Shown here piece after piece: positions 49,182 to 64,000 of a DNA stretch of 64,000 bases (positions within the stretch are counted from its first letter, which is position 1; each line of letters begins with the position of its first letter). Origin of the DNA: Sminthopsis crassicaudata (lineage: Eukaryota); NCBI RefSeq assembly GCF_048593235.1, contig NC_133618.1:576370889-576434888 (forward strand), given 5' to 3'. The notes under the pieces are model-generated. The model did no database searches. It had not been told where the DNA came from and worked only from the letters and a program-made list of their open reading frames with translations. The position numbers were made by a program, and so were the translations under genes.

Positions 49182-49569
49182 TAATAATTTCTAGCCTTGA
49201 GCTAACCAGGCTGAGAGACTAAGAATCTGCAGCCCAGCCAGTCCGCAAACCTGTACATTCTGGGAGTTAGGGAGGAGCCTAGTGTATAGGAACAATATGG
49301 ATTCCTCGATGAACTTCCCCAATCAGCTTAAAGGAGCTGATAAACAAAACCCAGAGCAGTTGGTGCTGCCTCACAAGGGAACACCCCACACAGTACAAAG
49401 CAGAAGGGTTAGGGGGAGGAAGGTAGACAGCCTCCCTCCCTCCCCTCCCCTAAACAAACACACCAGAGCTTATATCCTGGGCCCACAAAGTATAGGTAGC
49501 CCACACGTGCTCCTGGAACTTCAGACCTACAATGGGGTCTCTGGGGAGGCTCCCATTTAAATAAGCTTG

Positions 49570-49760
49570 GGAGAATGGCACAAGCAAGTCCTACTTTACG
49601 GGTCTTAGTTTATTGTATCCAACACACTATTGAGCTACTGCAATTTTACTTTGCTTGTAGGACACAGGCTTCTTTGACGAGGGCATGTCATGCTGGGCAG
49701 TCTTGTGCCAGTACCTCCCATGCCATGAACTGATTCCAAAACTTTCCAAGGCCCTTAGAA
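49570..49760 (-). mobile_element. Short RTE 3' fragment or RTE-derived SINE
   Basis: GAGCTACTGCAATTTTACTTTGCT...TTCTTTGACGAGGGCATGTCATGCTGGGCAGTC parallels 46553-46645. Confidence 0.6.
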
Positions 49761-49899
49761 ATGAGAATGAAACTATGACCCAATATACCCAAATACCTTC
49801 AATGGGAGGACAGGCATTGGTACTGATCGCAGGCCTGGGAGATGTGGGGGTCTCTTAGTCAGGCACTTATTCTGTAGTCGGGTATTTTAAGAAAGGCAA

Positions 49900-52400
49900 A
49901 AACTTACAAGGTCTCGCCTGGAGCTAGAGATCATCCTGAGGTTGAAGATGGGCTGGGGTGAGGATGGGCCTGAGAAAGGGGTCGCAGCTGAAAATTAGCC
50001 ACACACCTCCTGACCAGTTCTGGTGAAGTTCCAGCCCCCTTTCGCCACTAACCATAATCGGGGAAGGGAAAGCGTTCAAAGACGCGCTGGGTGCTTAAAA
50101 CATGCCAGAGCAGGATCAAACAACCACCGGGCGCTGCAGAGGGTCCACAGAGGCCCGGCTTGGGGCTCCCAGCATAAGTGGGGAGATGCGCGCCCCACCG
50201 GGGGCCCTAGATCAGAGGCTCAAACTAAAGTCGGAGGCAGGGGGGAGTCCCAGATTCCAGGCCTTCCTGTCCCCAACCCAGACCCGGGATCCGGCCGCGT
50301 TAAGTCCTTGGGGCTCGGAAGGAGCGGGGCCCAGTCGGCCCCACCTAGGTCGCCTCCGGCCCTCGGGTGCGGCCCTGTCGGCCCCGCCCCGCCCCTCCCC
50401 TCCCCTCCCCTCCCCTCCCCTCCAGCTTGGGCAGGCGATGGCAGCAGGCGGAGCAGCCGGGAGACTTCAGCCGGACGGGAGACAGAGCCAGAACCTCGGG
50501 GCAGCCCTCGGTGAGTGGAGGTCCGGGGGGCTCCCTCTGATAGAGTGAACTCGGCTGGGCTCCGAGAACGCCGGGCGCCGCAAGCTGCAAGAGCGCACTG
50601 GAGGTCCAGGCCGGGCAAGGAAAGTAACCTAAAGCGTCCCCTTCCTCGGCGCCCCACAGAACTAGCCGGGAGACCCGAGCACGCACAAAGAAAGCGGCAG
50701 GCGCCCCCCGAGCGTACACCGGAAGCCTCGTGAGCTTGCCAGGACGGAGGCGCGCGGGGCGGGGGAGGGGCAGAGGGGGCGGGGCGGGCCTGGGGGCGGA
50801 GTCCGGCCTAGTTTGCTCCAGTTCCTGCTTCCGCACCGGCGAGGCGGTAAACTGGGGTCACGTGCCCCCCGCGCGGACACGAGGGCGCCGGGGCCGGGAC
50901 TGGGGTGTTAGTGAACCCGAAGGTCTGGCTCAACCCCGGAGGCTTTGTGGGGACGACCGCCCTCCTTCCCTCCCCCGCCCCCGTCGGGTCGGCAGCCGCC
51001 AAGAAAGAGCAAGGCCAGAGCGAGGAGCTGTCGGAGGATGGGGCAGTGATGGGAAGAAAGCCTGGTCGGTGCCTGAAGAGGCGAAGTTCTCGGAGTGGGA
51101 GGGGTTGGGGGCGTGGCTGGTCCCGGCGGGGGCGGTGTCCTCAGACCTCTCGGGGCGGGACTGTTTTTTCCCTTTCGAGGGAAAAAAGGAAAACAAGACT
51201 CTTTCCAGGGAGCTAAAAATAGCCCAGAGGTTGGGAAGGCTTCGCTGTGGGGGAACTGGGGCGGGGAGGGTGGCTGTCTGAGTGCGCCCTCCCTCAGGGA
51301 CTGGGCGGATGCCCGGAGGCTCGTCACGTGGTCCGGGGGCCCGGTGCCTTGGGGTAGCCGTGGCCTCTGGGGCACGGTCTCCAATCCTCCCTAGCTTCGG
51401 CAGATTTGAAAGTGGGCAATTCCAATTCCACGGCGTGGGGCCGCACAAGAACACAGGAAGAGGGGCCTGTGGAAGTTCCCAAGCCCGTTTAGAGGCCGGG
51501 ACCCCCTGGAGCGGCCCCACGCCTCCCCTTCCGCCTTGCCGTACCACTCGGGGCCGTCCCGGCGACTGGCCGCCTGGTGGCGTAGCCGAGGTCGACCCCG
51601 GGGTGTAGTGGTAGCCCAGGATCCATTCCCCAACCCCCAACATCCCCAACCGGGAGACTAGGAAGAATTGGGGGCACGGATGGTCAGGCCGGCCTGAACG
51701 GGCTGGGAAGGGGAGGAGCGGCCGGGCTTTTGTGCTGGAACTAGGACCAGCTGTCACCCTTTGGACTTGCGGGGCGGTGGGGGAGGTCGTGTTGACCCTT
51801 GAGGGCCCCCCATCTTTGCATGCCCTTTTGCACGCCCCGCTTGGGGGTGGGGGGAAGGCGTGACTGCCCACTTCCATACTTGGAGTTCTTTGGGAGCAGC
51901 GTTTGACGTGTGTGGATCCTGCACGAGCAACAGCGCGCATCCGTGCTCACATGTGCGCGTCTGTGTGCTTACCAGAACACGCGTGACGTGGTTGCGCGCG
52001 TGTCGGAGCCCAGTCGCTCGGGGGCGGGGCTACCTCCCCCTTCCTTGGGCTCTGCCCCTCCCATGCTTGGGTCAGGGAGGGGGAGGGGACGGAGACGGGG
52101 AGGGGGGAGGGGAGGCGGAGCCCCGGTCGGGCTTTTGGAGTGTCCGAGGATCTGGGCTGGAGCGAGGGCTCGGAGGGAGCTGCCGGGGTCTGAGCATGGA
52201 GCAGCGCGGTGGAGGTGAGGGGGGCAGGCACGGGGAGGGATGCCGTGGAGCCCCAGAGTTCGGTGGTAGCCTAGGTCCATCGTTAATGGACTTGGGGTGA
52301 TCTTCGAGTCAGTGCTACTTGGGGGGGCCCGAGGGGACGCCCACTACTTTGTGTCCCGGGATTGGATTCAGCTTCTCCTGGCGCGGGGATGGACGAGGCA
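49900..52400 (+). promoter_or_regulatory. LZTS2: CpG island containing LZTS2 promoter(s) and 5' exons
   Basis: Very CpG/GC rich. Strong donors CTCG|GTGAGT (50510/50511) and CTGG|GTAAGT (52563/52564); GC boxes; E-boxes GTCACGTG at 50857 and 51323. Confidence 0.7.
50385..50421. repeat. (CCCCT)n tract, G-quadruplex-forming on the minus strand
   Basis: CCCCGCCCCGCCCCTCCCCTCCCCTCCCCTCCCCTCCCC; a similar (GGGGA)n tract lies at ~27822-27846. Confidence 0.85.
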
Positions 52401-54699
52401 CCCCGCACCCCCCCAGTCCTGTAAGCTTTGGAGGCAGTTTATCTAACTCTAGAGCCTCGGTGTGGGGGCGGGGATGGGGGTGGCGGCCCTGCCTATCCTA
52501 GCCCTCCCACTGAACTCCAGACTGAAGAAGTGGGGGTGGGGGAGAGGGGAGTCCTCCCGCTGGGTAAGTGTTTGAGCCGAGGGGCCCCCTTTCCCACAGA
52601 GCAGACACAGACGCTGCTCAAAATGGAGCCTCCGATAGCCCCTCCCTCTCCAGCTTGGAAGGAGAGAGCGGGAGCCCGGCCCCCCCAAGGCTCCGGCCTA
52701 GTCTGGACTTCCAGACACTGAGGCTGCCCTGCGCTGTCTCTCCACCCCTACTCCCCCTTCCACTTCTGCCATCTTTCTCCTTCTCTTCGTCTTCTTGCCT
52801 CTCCCTCCCACCCTGTCCCCCTCACTTTTCTGGTGCTCACAAGGAGACAGATGGGGGGAAGTTAGTCCACCCAGTGACCCCTTAAGACAGAGCCCACCAT
52901 TGTGTGTGTTGGCCGATTCCCTCCTCGGTACTCGGTAACTTTAAGGATGGCATGTTAATTGGAGGGGGAGGTCTCATCTACTTAACCCCCTCCCCCCATT
53001 ATTTGCCTGGGGCCTGGCCTGAGTAGGGGTGGATCCGGCTTTCTGGTCTGGAGCTGCAGTTGGAGAGAACCTGATGCTCTCTAGTTCTAAAGCTCCAAGA
53101 TATTTCACCAGCTCAGTTTTCTGTTTTGAATTTGATCGTAAGGAAGAAAGAATTGGAGTTTAAGAAACTTCCTGTTCAGGTTCAGAAAATTAATTACCAG
53201 ATCTTTGAGGTTTTTTTTTTTTTCCAATTCTTGAGATTGTTTTTTAGAATGGAAAGAGAAAAAGTTGTAAACTGATTCATATTTACAATTATACAGCTTC
53301 AATGTTTTTCATGCACTCTTCCCCAATATACCCACTTATGTTGATCTCCAGATTGTGTCTTGATGATTTGGACAGATGTCCAAAACTCTTAGAGGATTCA
53401 GGAAGGGCTGGGGTTCTGGATGGGCACCTCCCTTTCCCAACCTAAGAAGCAGATGAAACTGAGGATCAAGGGTCAGCAGACCCTGTTTCGATCCAGCCAA
53501 ATTCTGGGAACCCCCATTCGCTGGGGGTGGCAGCAGAGCCTGTGTTTTCAAGGAGAAAAGGAAGTTCTCTCCAGATCATAACTAGTTTTTCTTCCTCAAT
53601 GGGGTTGGCTTTTATTTCTTGGGATCAATCTGATATTGAGAGTTTGGTGGGTGATGTTGGAGATGGGGCAGTGTTTGTCTTGGAAAGAAAGCTCCAAACT
53701 CCATGTCCTTCATTAACCCCTGGGGTCCCTTTGGGGACAGGTGGTACTGGAGTGATTTAAGAGTTAAGTATTTTAGTGTTTAGTCCAACTTTGTGAAAAC
53801 TGGGGGTAAGTGGTCATTGTTTCTCGGGAGGCAAACAAATGACCACTGATTAATTTGGGGAACAGAGGATGGACTGGTATAGTTTGGGGGGAATGGCACA
53901 GACAGCTTTTAGTTCTCTAATTATATCTGGAAACAGATAGGTGTGTAGTGTCTGTCTTGCAGTGGGTAGTGAGGTTTCTCCTCCTAAGGGCTGAGCTAGA
54001 AGAGAAGGCTTCTTTGGGAGTCAGAGAGACCTATGTTCCTAAGTGGGGACAGGTCCCCAGATCTTAGTGTAGGGGTTCAGCAAGATCTGAAACCTCAGAC
54101 AGAGGTTTTGCCCTACCTGGAGGCCCTAGACTCATCTGACCAGTTTGGCCGGCTTGGCTACTTCCCTCCCCCTATCTGGCCCTTGCTCTTGACACCTTTT
54201 CTAGCCTCTCTGTACCCTCCCTCTCCTTTGCTTCCCCTCTAAAGGGGAAAGCCTATTTCTCATCAGATTTAAATCTCAGACCCCTGTTGAGATACTAAGG
54301 AACTCTAGAAACATGAGAAATCATGACTCTGTCTTTTTGGCTTCAAACAAAGGGCAAGGAAGAAGACGTATTTATGTGTTTGTGTGGATGTATGTGTGTG
54401 TTGGGGAGGTAAGTTTTCAGGGTTTGGGAGAGGCCTAATGAAACAAGGAATAGGCTTTGGACTAGGATACTTAGAATTGGGGCTACTTTGTGGTACCCAG
54501 GGTTCGAGATCATGGACATAGGGTCCTTGGGGTGGGGCATTGGCAGAGGGATTTAGGGTGGGCATTCGTCCAGCAGTAGGCTATGGGTGCAACTAGAGGT
54601 CTGGCAGGGACACAGGATCACAGAGTTCTGACTGTTGCCCTCCTCCTTATACAGCAGGTCGCCTTCAAGGCCTGTGGCCAGGCCACAGTCCCTCCAGCT

Positions 54700-57600
54700 A
54701 TGGCAATCGTCCAGACTCTGCCTGTGCCCCTGGAAGCCAACCCTGAGAACACGGTCTCACACCCACCCCACCTGCCCACCATGGGCAGTGTGAGTAGCCT
54801 TATTTCAGGCCGGCCCTGCCCTGGAGGAGGGCCTACACCCTGCCACCATGCTCCCTCTGGACCCCCTTTTTTCCGGCAGCAGGATGGGCTACTGCTTCGA
54901 GGGGGTGGTTGTAGGGCCCAAGAGCCACTGTGCCCCCCAGTACCCACCAGAAAGCCTGTGGGAAATGCTGGCTTTGCATATATCAATGAGGACTTCCGGG
55001 GAGACTCACCCTCCAGCCCCTGTAGTGACACTGAGGATGCCCGGGAGCAGCAAGCCCGAAGTGCCCATCTCAGGGGCCCACCTCCAAAACTCATCCCTGT
55101 GTCTGGAAAGTTGGAGAAGGTAAGGACCCTTCCTTCCAAGTGCAGATTATCTTTCACAGTGTGTCCAGTGAAAGAGGTGGGATGGAATGGAGCTTTTTAG
55201 CACCTAGCTCTGCTTCTTCACCCAAGGGGTTACCATTTAGATGTAGGGCTTGGGAGAGGGAAACTTCCTAGCAGCCAGATGGTAGTACTTTGTTACTCTG
55301 TTTCAGAATATGGAGAAGAATCTGATCCGGCCTACAGCCTTCAAACCTGTGCTGCCCAAGCCTCGGGGGCCACCATCTTTGCCAGCATTCCTGGGGCCAC
55401 GGGCTGGTGTTGGGGGGATGTCAGGGAGCCAGGGTAGTCTGACCCAGCTGTTTGGGGGCCCTGCTTCCTCCTCTTCTTCCTCTTCCTCGTCCTCTGCTGA
55501 CAAGCCTCTGACCCTCAGTGGTTGGGCCAGTGGTTGCCCCTCAGGGACACTGTCTGACTCTGGCAGAAACTCACTGTCTAGCTTGCCTACTTACAGCACA
55601 GGGGGAGCTGAACCAGCTGGAAGCTCTCCAGTGGGACATCTACCTACTGATGGCGCTGGTAGAGGGGTGCTACCTGGAACTGGGAGCAGCCACCGTGGGG
55701 TCCCCATGGGTCCTTCACACTCAGACAGTGGGCGTTCATCATCCAGCAAGAGCACAGGATCCCGGGGAGGCCTCCTCAGTGGTGGGGGTACTCGGGTCTC
55801 TCCAGACAGTGGTTCTTGTGGGGATCGATCACCTCTACCTGGCCCGCCCCCACCTCCCCCCCCACCCCTGCCAGATGAGTCTCTGCTGCGATGTGCTCTG
55901 CAGGAGAAACTTCGGGAGCGTGAGGCAGAACTGCAACAGCTTCGGGACAGCTTGGATGAAAACGAGGCTGCCATCTGCCAGGTGACTGACTTCTCCCTTT
56001 ACCTGTCACCATCCCCTGCCAGATGGGGATGAGCAGATAGAACCTTGAGTGGACAGAAACCTGGGTCTAATCCTTTATGCTTCAGTATGTTCTGAACTTC
56101 ACTTAAATTCCCTTGTCAGCTCTCCCTGAGTAATGAGAAGTGGGAAAATGCTTCAGAAGTTACTTTTAGTGATAAGGAGTTGAGTGAAGGACAGACAACT
56201 TGAATAATTTAAAACACTAGATAATTCCTATGGGTGCATTATTTTACAGCTCATAAAATTATTTTATATCGCTACCCCCCTCCCCATTTTATAAATAAGG
56301 AAACTGAGGCTGGAAGCAATAAGGTGACTAAACCAGGATCATATATCAGATTGATAGTAGGGCCAGAATTAGACCTTCTGTTACCCTGCAGTCCTTCAGA
56401 TCTTTGGGGCCTTCACCTACGGATGTTAACAGCAGCTGCATATCAGTACCTAAACTGCAGCCAGCCTAATATTAAGAGTAAGGTTTAATCTCCCTGAGCA
56501 TATTTTCTAATGCATAGGTGTTTTGAGGAGGTGTGGATCAGTAGAAAATACTGGATTCTGTTGATCTAGGTTCAAATATCAGCCCCATAAGTGTGGGAGG
56601 GGAAGACAAACTATTTGTGCATGTTGGGGGGGGATGGAGAAGATTTATGGCCCTGCTCCCCCTCACTCCCCACCGCCAGGTCTATGAGGAAAAGCAGCGA
56701 CGTTGGCAGCGGGAGCGGGAGGAGCTCCAGGAGGACTGTGTAGCCCAGGTGAAGCAGGCAACCCAGAGGGCCCAACGGGCCCAGCAGCTGCTGCAACTGC
56801 AGGTGTTCCAGCTGCAGCAAGAAAAACGCCAGCTGCAGGATGACTTTGCACAGCTGCTGCAGGAGAGAGAACAACTGGAACGACGGTGTGCGGCCTTTGA
56901 GCGGGAGCAGAGTGAGCTCGGTCCTCGACTGGAGGAGACCAAGTGGGAGGTGGGTTTGAGGGTGGGAAGATGGGGGAGAGGGTAGATTGGGGGGGGTGGT
57001 AGATATCTTTAGGACCAGACAAGCACCTGATCTTGAGGTAAAAGTTCCAGGGCTTCAACCTCATTATTTTAGAACTATTACCCAAGGTTTTCCAAGGGAA
57101 GCTGGAGCTCAAAGTAAGGTGGTTTGCCTCCAAATCTTTTACCTGCATTCTCTTGCTCAACCCCGGGGATGTGAGATCATCACTCACCATTGGTTCCCCC
57201 TTATCCCCAAGGTGTGCCAGAAATCAGGGGAGATCTCCCTGTTGAAGCAGCAGCTAAAGGAATCCCAAGCAGAGCTGGTTCAGAAGGGCAGTGAGCTGGC
57301 AGCGCTACGAGTGGCTCTTAGGGAAGCCCGGGCCTCCCTAAGGGCCAGTGAGGGGCGAGCTCGGGGGCTGCAGGAGGCTGCCCGGGCTCGGGAACTAGAG
57401 CTTGAGGTCTGCACTCATGAGCTACAACGGAGAAAAAATGAGGCTGAATGGCTCCGAGAGAAGGCCGGACAGTTGGACATGGCCGTGGCAGGACTTCGGG
57501 GGGCCCCAGAACCTATGCCCACCCCTGACCCCTTCTTGCTGTCGGAGAGTGATGAGGCCAAAGCTCAGAGGGCGGCAGCAGCTGGGGCTGGGGGAAGCCT

Positions 57601-57898
57601 TCGGGCCCAGGTAGAGAGGCTGAGGGCTGAGCTGCAGCAGGAGCGGCGTCGGGCCGAGGAGCAGCAGGGAAGCTTTGAGAGTGAGCGCCTGGCTTGGCAG
57701 GCGGAGAAGGAGCAAGTCATTCGCTACCAGAAGCAGCTGCAGCACAGCTACATCCAAATGTACCGGCGCAATCGGCAGCTAGAGCAGGAACTGCGGCACC
57801 TGAGCCTGGAGCTGGAGGCCCGAGAGCTGGTGGACTACAGCCTGCCTGAAACCCCACCCTGTGTCCACTTGGAGGAGATCACAGCCACAGAGATCTGA
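54700..57898 (+). CDS. LZTS2: Leucine zipper putative tumor suppressor 2, 683 aa
   Basis: Exons 54700-55119, 55307-55981, 56680-56949 and 57212-57898 total 2052 nt. MAIVQTLPVPLE...MGSVSSLISGR...GPPPKLIPVSGKLEK|NMEKNLIRPTAFKP...RLEETKWE|VCQKSGEISLLKQQL...LEEITATEI*. Confidence 0.98.
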
Positions 57899-58363
57899 AG
57901 ATTCATAGGTTAGAGGAGCCAAGAGACAGTGGATGGGAATCAGCTTGGGGGACCCTGTGTTGAGGGACTCTTACTTCTCCACCTTTCTTTGCCCTGAATG
58001 AGTGCAGGGATAAGTGTCTGGGCCAACTTTTCAGTAGAGCTAAGGGCCCCATGTGATTATTCATAGGGTGATCTCAAGCTCGCTCATGCCCTTTCCGGGG
58101 GAGGTGTGAAGACCATTCCCCCACTCCAAACCTGCCCAAGCTTTGAGGGCCTCAGGATTCCACACCACAGAAAGAGAAGGCTCCATATTCCCCTTCTCCC
58201 GGAAGTATGTGCCTCCCGTCCCTGTCCTGGGCTAAAGGAGGAGGGACCTGGGGTGAAAATGCCTTGGTTCTCCCTCAGGTTCCTCTTTCTGGAGCCCCAT
58301 TCATAGCCCCCTGTGTGACCAGGAGCTGCCTTCAGACCAAAGGAAGAACTCAGAGACTTCTCA

Positions 58364-58369
58364 TTTATT
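58364..58369 (-). terminator. PDZD7: Probable PDZD7 poly(A) signal
   Basis: First minus-strand AATAAA seen downstream of the PDZD7 stop, with U/GU-rich sequence beyond it. Confidence 0.55.
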
Positions 58370-58489
58370 TGTGTTTGTTACTATTCCGATCTCTAACATC
58401 ATCCCACCCTCTTTTTCCTGAGTTTATGGCATCTTTAAAATTGTATATTTTTCACACGTGTAAATTTCTTGTACAAACCCAAAGAAAAA

Positions 58490-58495
58490 ATTAAA
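58490..58495 (+). terminator. LZTS2: Probable LZTS2 poly(A) signal
   Basis: ATTAAA followed by a long U-rich tract; no AATAAA seen on + between the stop and this site. Confidence 0.55.
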
Positions 58496-59139
58496 AATTT
58501 TTTTTTTGTTTTTAAGAAAAATGAATGTGCTTAAAAGTGTCTATAAGAGAGAGTCTGTTCTCTGCCCACATACACACTACTGTTGGCTCCTCTTTAGCTC
58601 CTCTCCTGGTTTTGGGAGGTCCTGCTACGTGTCCAGTAGAAAATGGTCTGGAAATCCTTATGGAACTTGACTTGAATGGAATTTATAGGGTCTGAGATAC
58701 TGGGGTACTTCTCTTACATTCTAAACCCTTAACTAAGTAATGACTAGAAGCACAGGACTGGATGAGATGGACCCTGGTCCTCTCTCACTGGAAGAGCCCT
58801 GTGTGGAGGGCCCTACCTGTGAGATACTAGACAGGGCAGGGAAGCGTTTACACTCCAATTCCCATGGCTCTGACCCCCACTCTAGGCCTTAGATTTGAGG
58901 CACATCTGGGCCTAGGGGGAACAAGGAAGGCTGGTTATTAGCACCATCATCTAATTTCTGTTCTGACCACAGATCTGCCCTGTTTGAGAGATATGAGGCC
59001 CTAGAAGATGGATTAAGGAAAGTGGTTGTGGTCATCCAGGAACTTGGGGTAGTGCTGGGGGGGGATAACCCCATCTCTGTTAACTTAGGGAGGGATCAGG
59101 GAGTGAATCAGCAGGTCATCAAAAGAAAGTGATCTGGGG

Positions 59140-62557
<3,418 letters not shown>

Positions 62558-62602
62558 CTAGAGGGTACAGGAAGGAAGGGGGTGGTGAGTCCCAAGAAAG
62601 GT

Positions 62603-64000
62603 AGTATGTGTGANNNNNNNNNNNNNNNNNNNNNNNNNNNNNNNNNNNNNNNNNNNNNNNNNNNNNNNNNNNNNNNNNNNNNNNNNNNNNNNNNNNNNNN
62701 NNNNNNNNNNNNNNNNNNNNNNNNNNNNNNNNNNNNNNNNNNNNNNNNNGTGAGAGAGTGTATGTGAATGTGTATGACTGTGAGTGTATGTGTGAATGTG
62801 TGACTGTGTGTGAGAGAGTGTGTGTGAATGTGTGTATGTGTGTGAGAGTGTGTACGAATGAGTATGACTGAGAGTGTGTGTGTATATAAGTGTGTGAGTG
62901 TGTGTGAATGTGTATAACTGTGTGTAAGTGTGTGTGAATGTGTATAACTGTGTGAGTGTGTGAGAGTGTGTATGTGTGTGTGTGAATGACTGTGTGTATG
63001 TGTGTAAGTGTGTGTGAGAGTGTGTATGAATATGACTGAGAGAGTGTGTGTATATGAGTGTGTGTGTGAGCGTGTGAATGTGTATGACTCTGTAAGTGTG
63101 TGTGTGAATGTGTATGACTGTGAGTGTGAATGTGTGTGAGAGTGTGTGAATATGATTGNNNNNNNNNNNNNNNNNNNNNNNNNNNNNNNNNNNNNNNNNN
63201 NNNNNNNNNNNNNNNNNNNNNNNNNNNNNNNNNNNNNNNNNNNNNNNNNNNNNNNNNNNNNNNNNNNNNNNNNNNNNNNNNNNNNNNNNNNNNNNNNNNN
63301 NNACTGAGAGTGTGTGTATATATGAGTATGTGTGTGAGTGTGTGTGAATATGTATGACTGTGTGAGTGTGAATGTGTGTGAGTGTGTGAATGTGTGTGTG
63401 AATGTGTATGAATGAGTATGACAGGGTGTGTGTGAATGTATGACTGTGTGTGAGTGTGTATGAATGAGTATGACAGAGTGTGTGTGTGTGAATGTGTATG
63501 ACTATGTAAGTGTGTGTGTGAATGTGTGTGTATATGACTGTGTGAATGTGTGTGTGAATGAGTATGGCTGTGAGTGTGTGTGTAAATGTGTGTGTGAATG
63601 TGTATGAATGAGTATGACAGAGTGTGTGTGAATGAGTATAGCTGTGAGTGTGTATATGAATGTGTATGATTGTGTGTGTGTGAATGTGTATGAATGAGTA
63701 TGACAGAGTGTGTGTGAATGAGTATAGCTGTGAGTGTGTATGTGAATGTGTATGATTGTGTGTGTGAATGTGTATGAATGAGTATGACAGAGTGTGTGTG
63801 AATGAGTATAGCTGTGAGTGTGTATGTGAATGTGTATGATTATGTGTGTGTGAATGTGTATGAATGAGTATGACAGAGTGTGTGTGAATGAGTATAGCTG
63901 TGAGTGTGTGTGTGAATGTGTATGACTGTGTAAGTGTGTGTGAATGTGTATGTATGTGACTGTGTGAATGTGTATGACTGTGTGAATGTGTGTGTGAATG
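62603..64000. repeat. Compound TG-rich tandem repeat in a PDZD7 intron, with two assembly gaps (N 62614-62749 and 63159-63302)
   Basis: Variants of TGTGTGTGAATGTGTATGAC; ~85-bp higher-order period after 63600. Confidence 0.95.

Noticed and set aside
50023-52885. Long ORFs in the LZTS2 island, including 336 aa at 50930-51940 (-)
   Set aside because: GC-driven open frames on all six frames, with no domain-like content.

Overview
Mammalian genomic DNA, most likely a dasyuromorph marsupial judging by the SINE, L1 and RTE repeat types (inference). The gene order matches human 10q24: the last 9 coding exons and 3'UTR of SLF2 (+), complete SEMA4G (+), MRPL43 (-) head-to-head with TWNK (+), LZTS2 (+) and the last 5 exons of PDZD7 (-). 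The window ends in a gapped TG-rich tandem repeat. Exons were placed by hand from GT-AG sites, frame continuity and recalled similarity to the human proteins; no database search was run. Most ORFs in the supplied track are spurious. The main anomaly is a near-identical ~1.09 kb duplicate of the SEMA4G ATG exon (22831-23924 vs 30475-31557) lying upstream of the SEMA4G promoter; it is either a very recent duplication or an assembly artefact. Also notable are an MRPL43 stop codon inside its poly(A) signal, back-to-back with an opposite-strand signal, and predicted overlapping LZTS2/PDZD7 3' ends. No wholly new biological system is supported.
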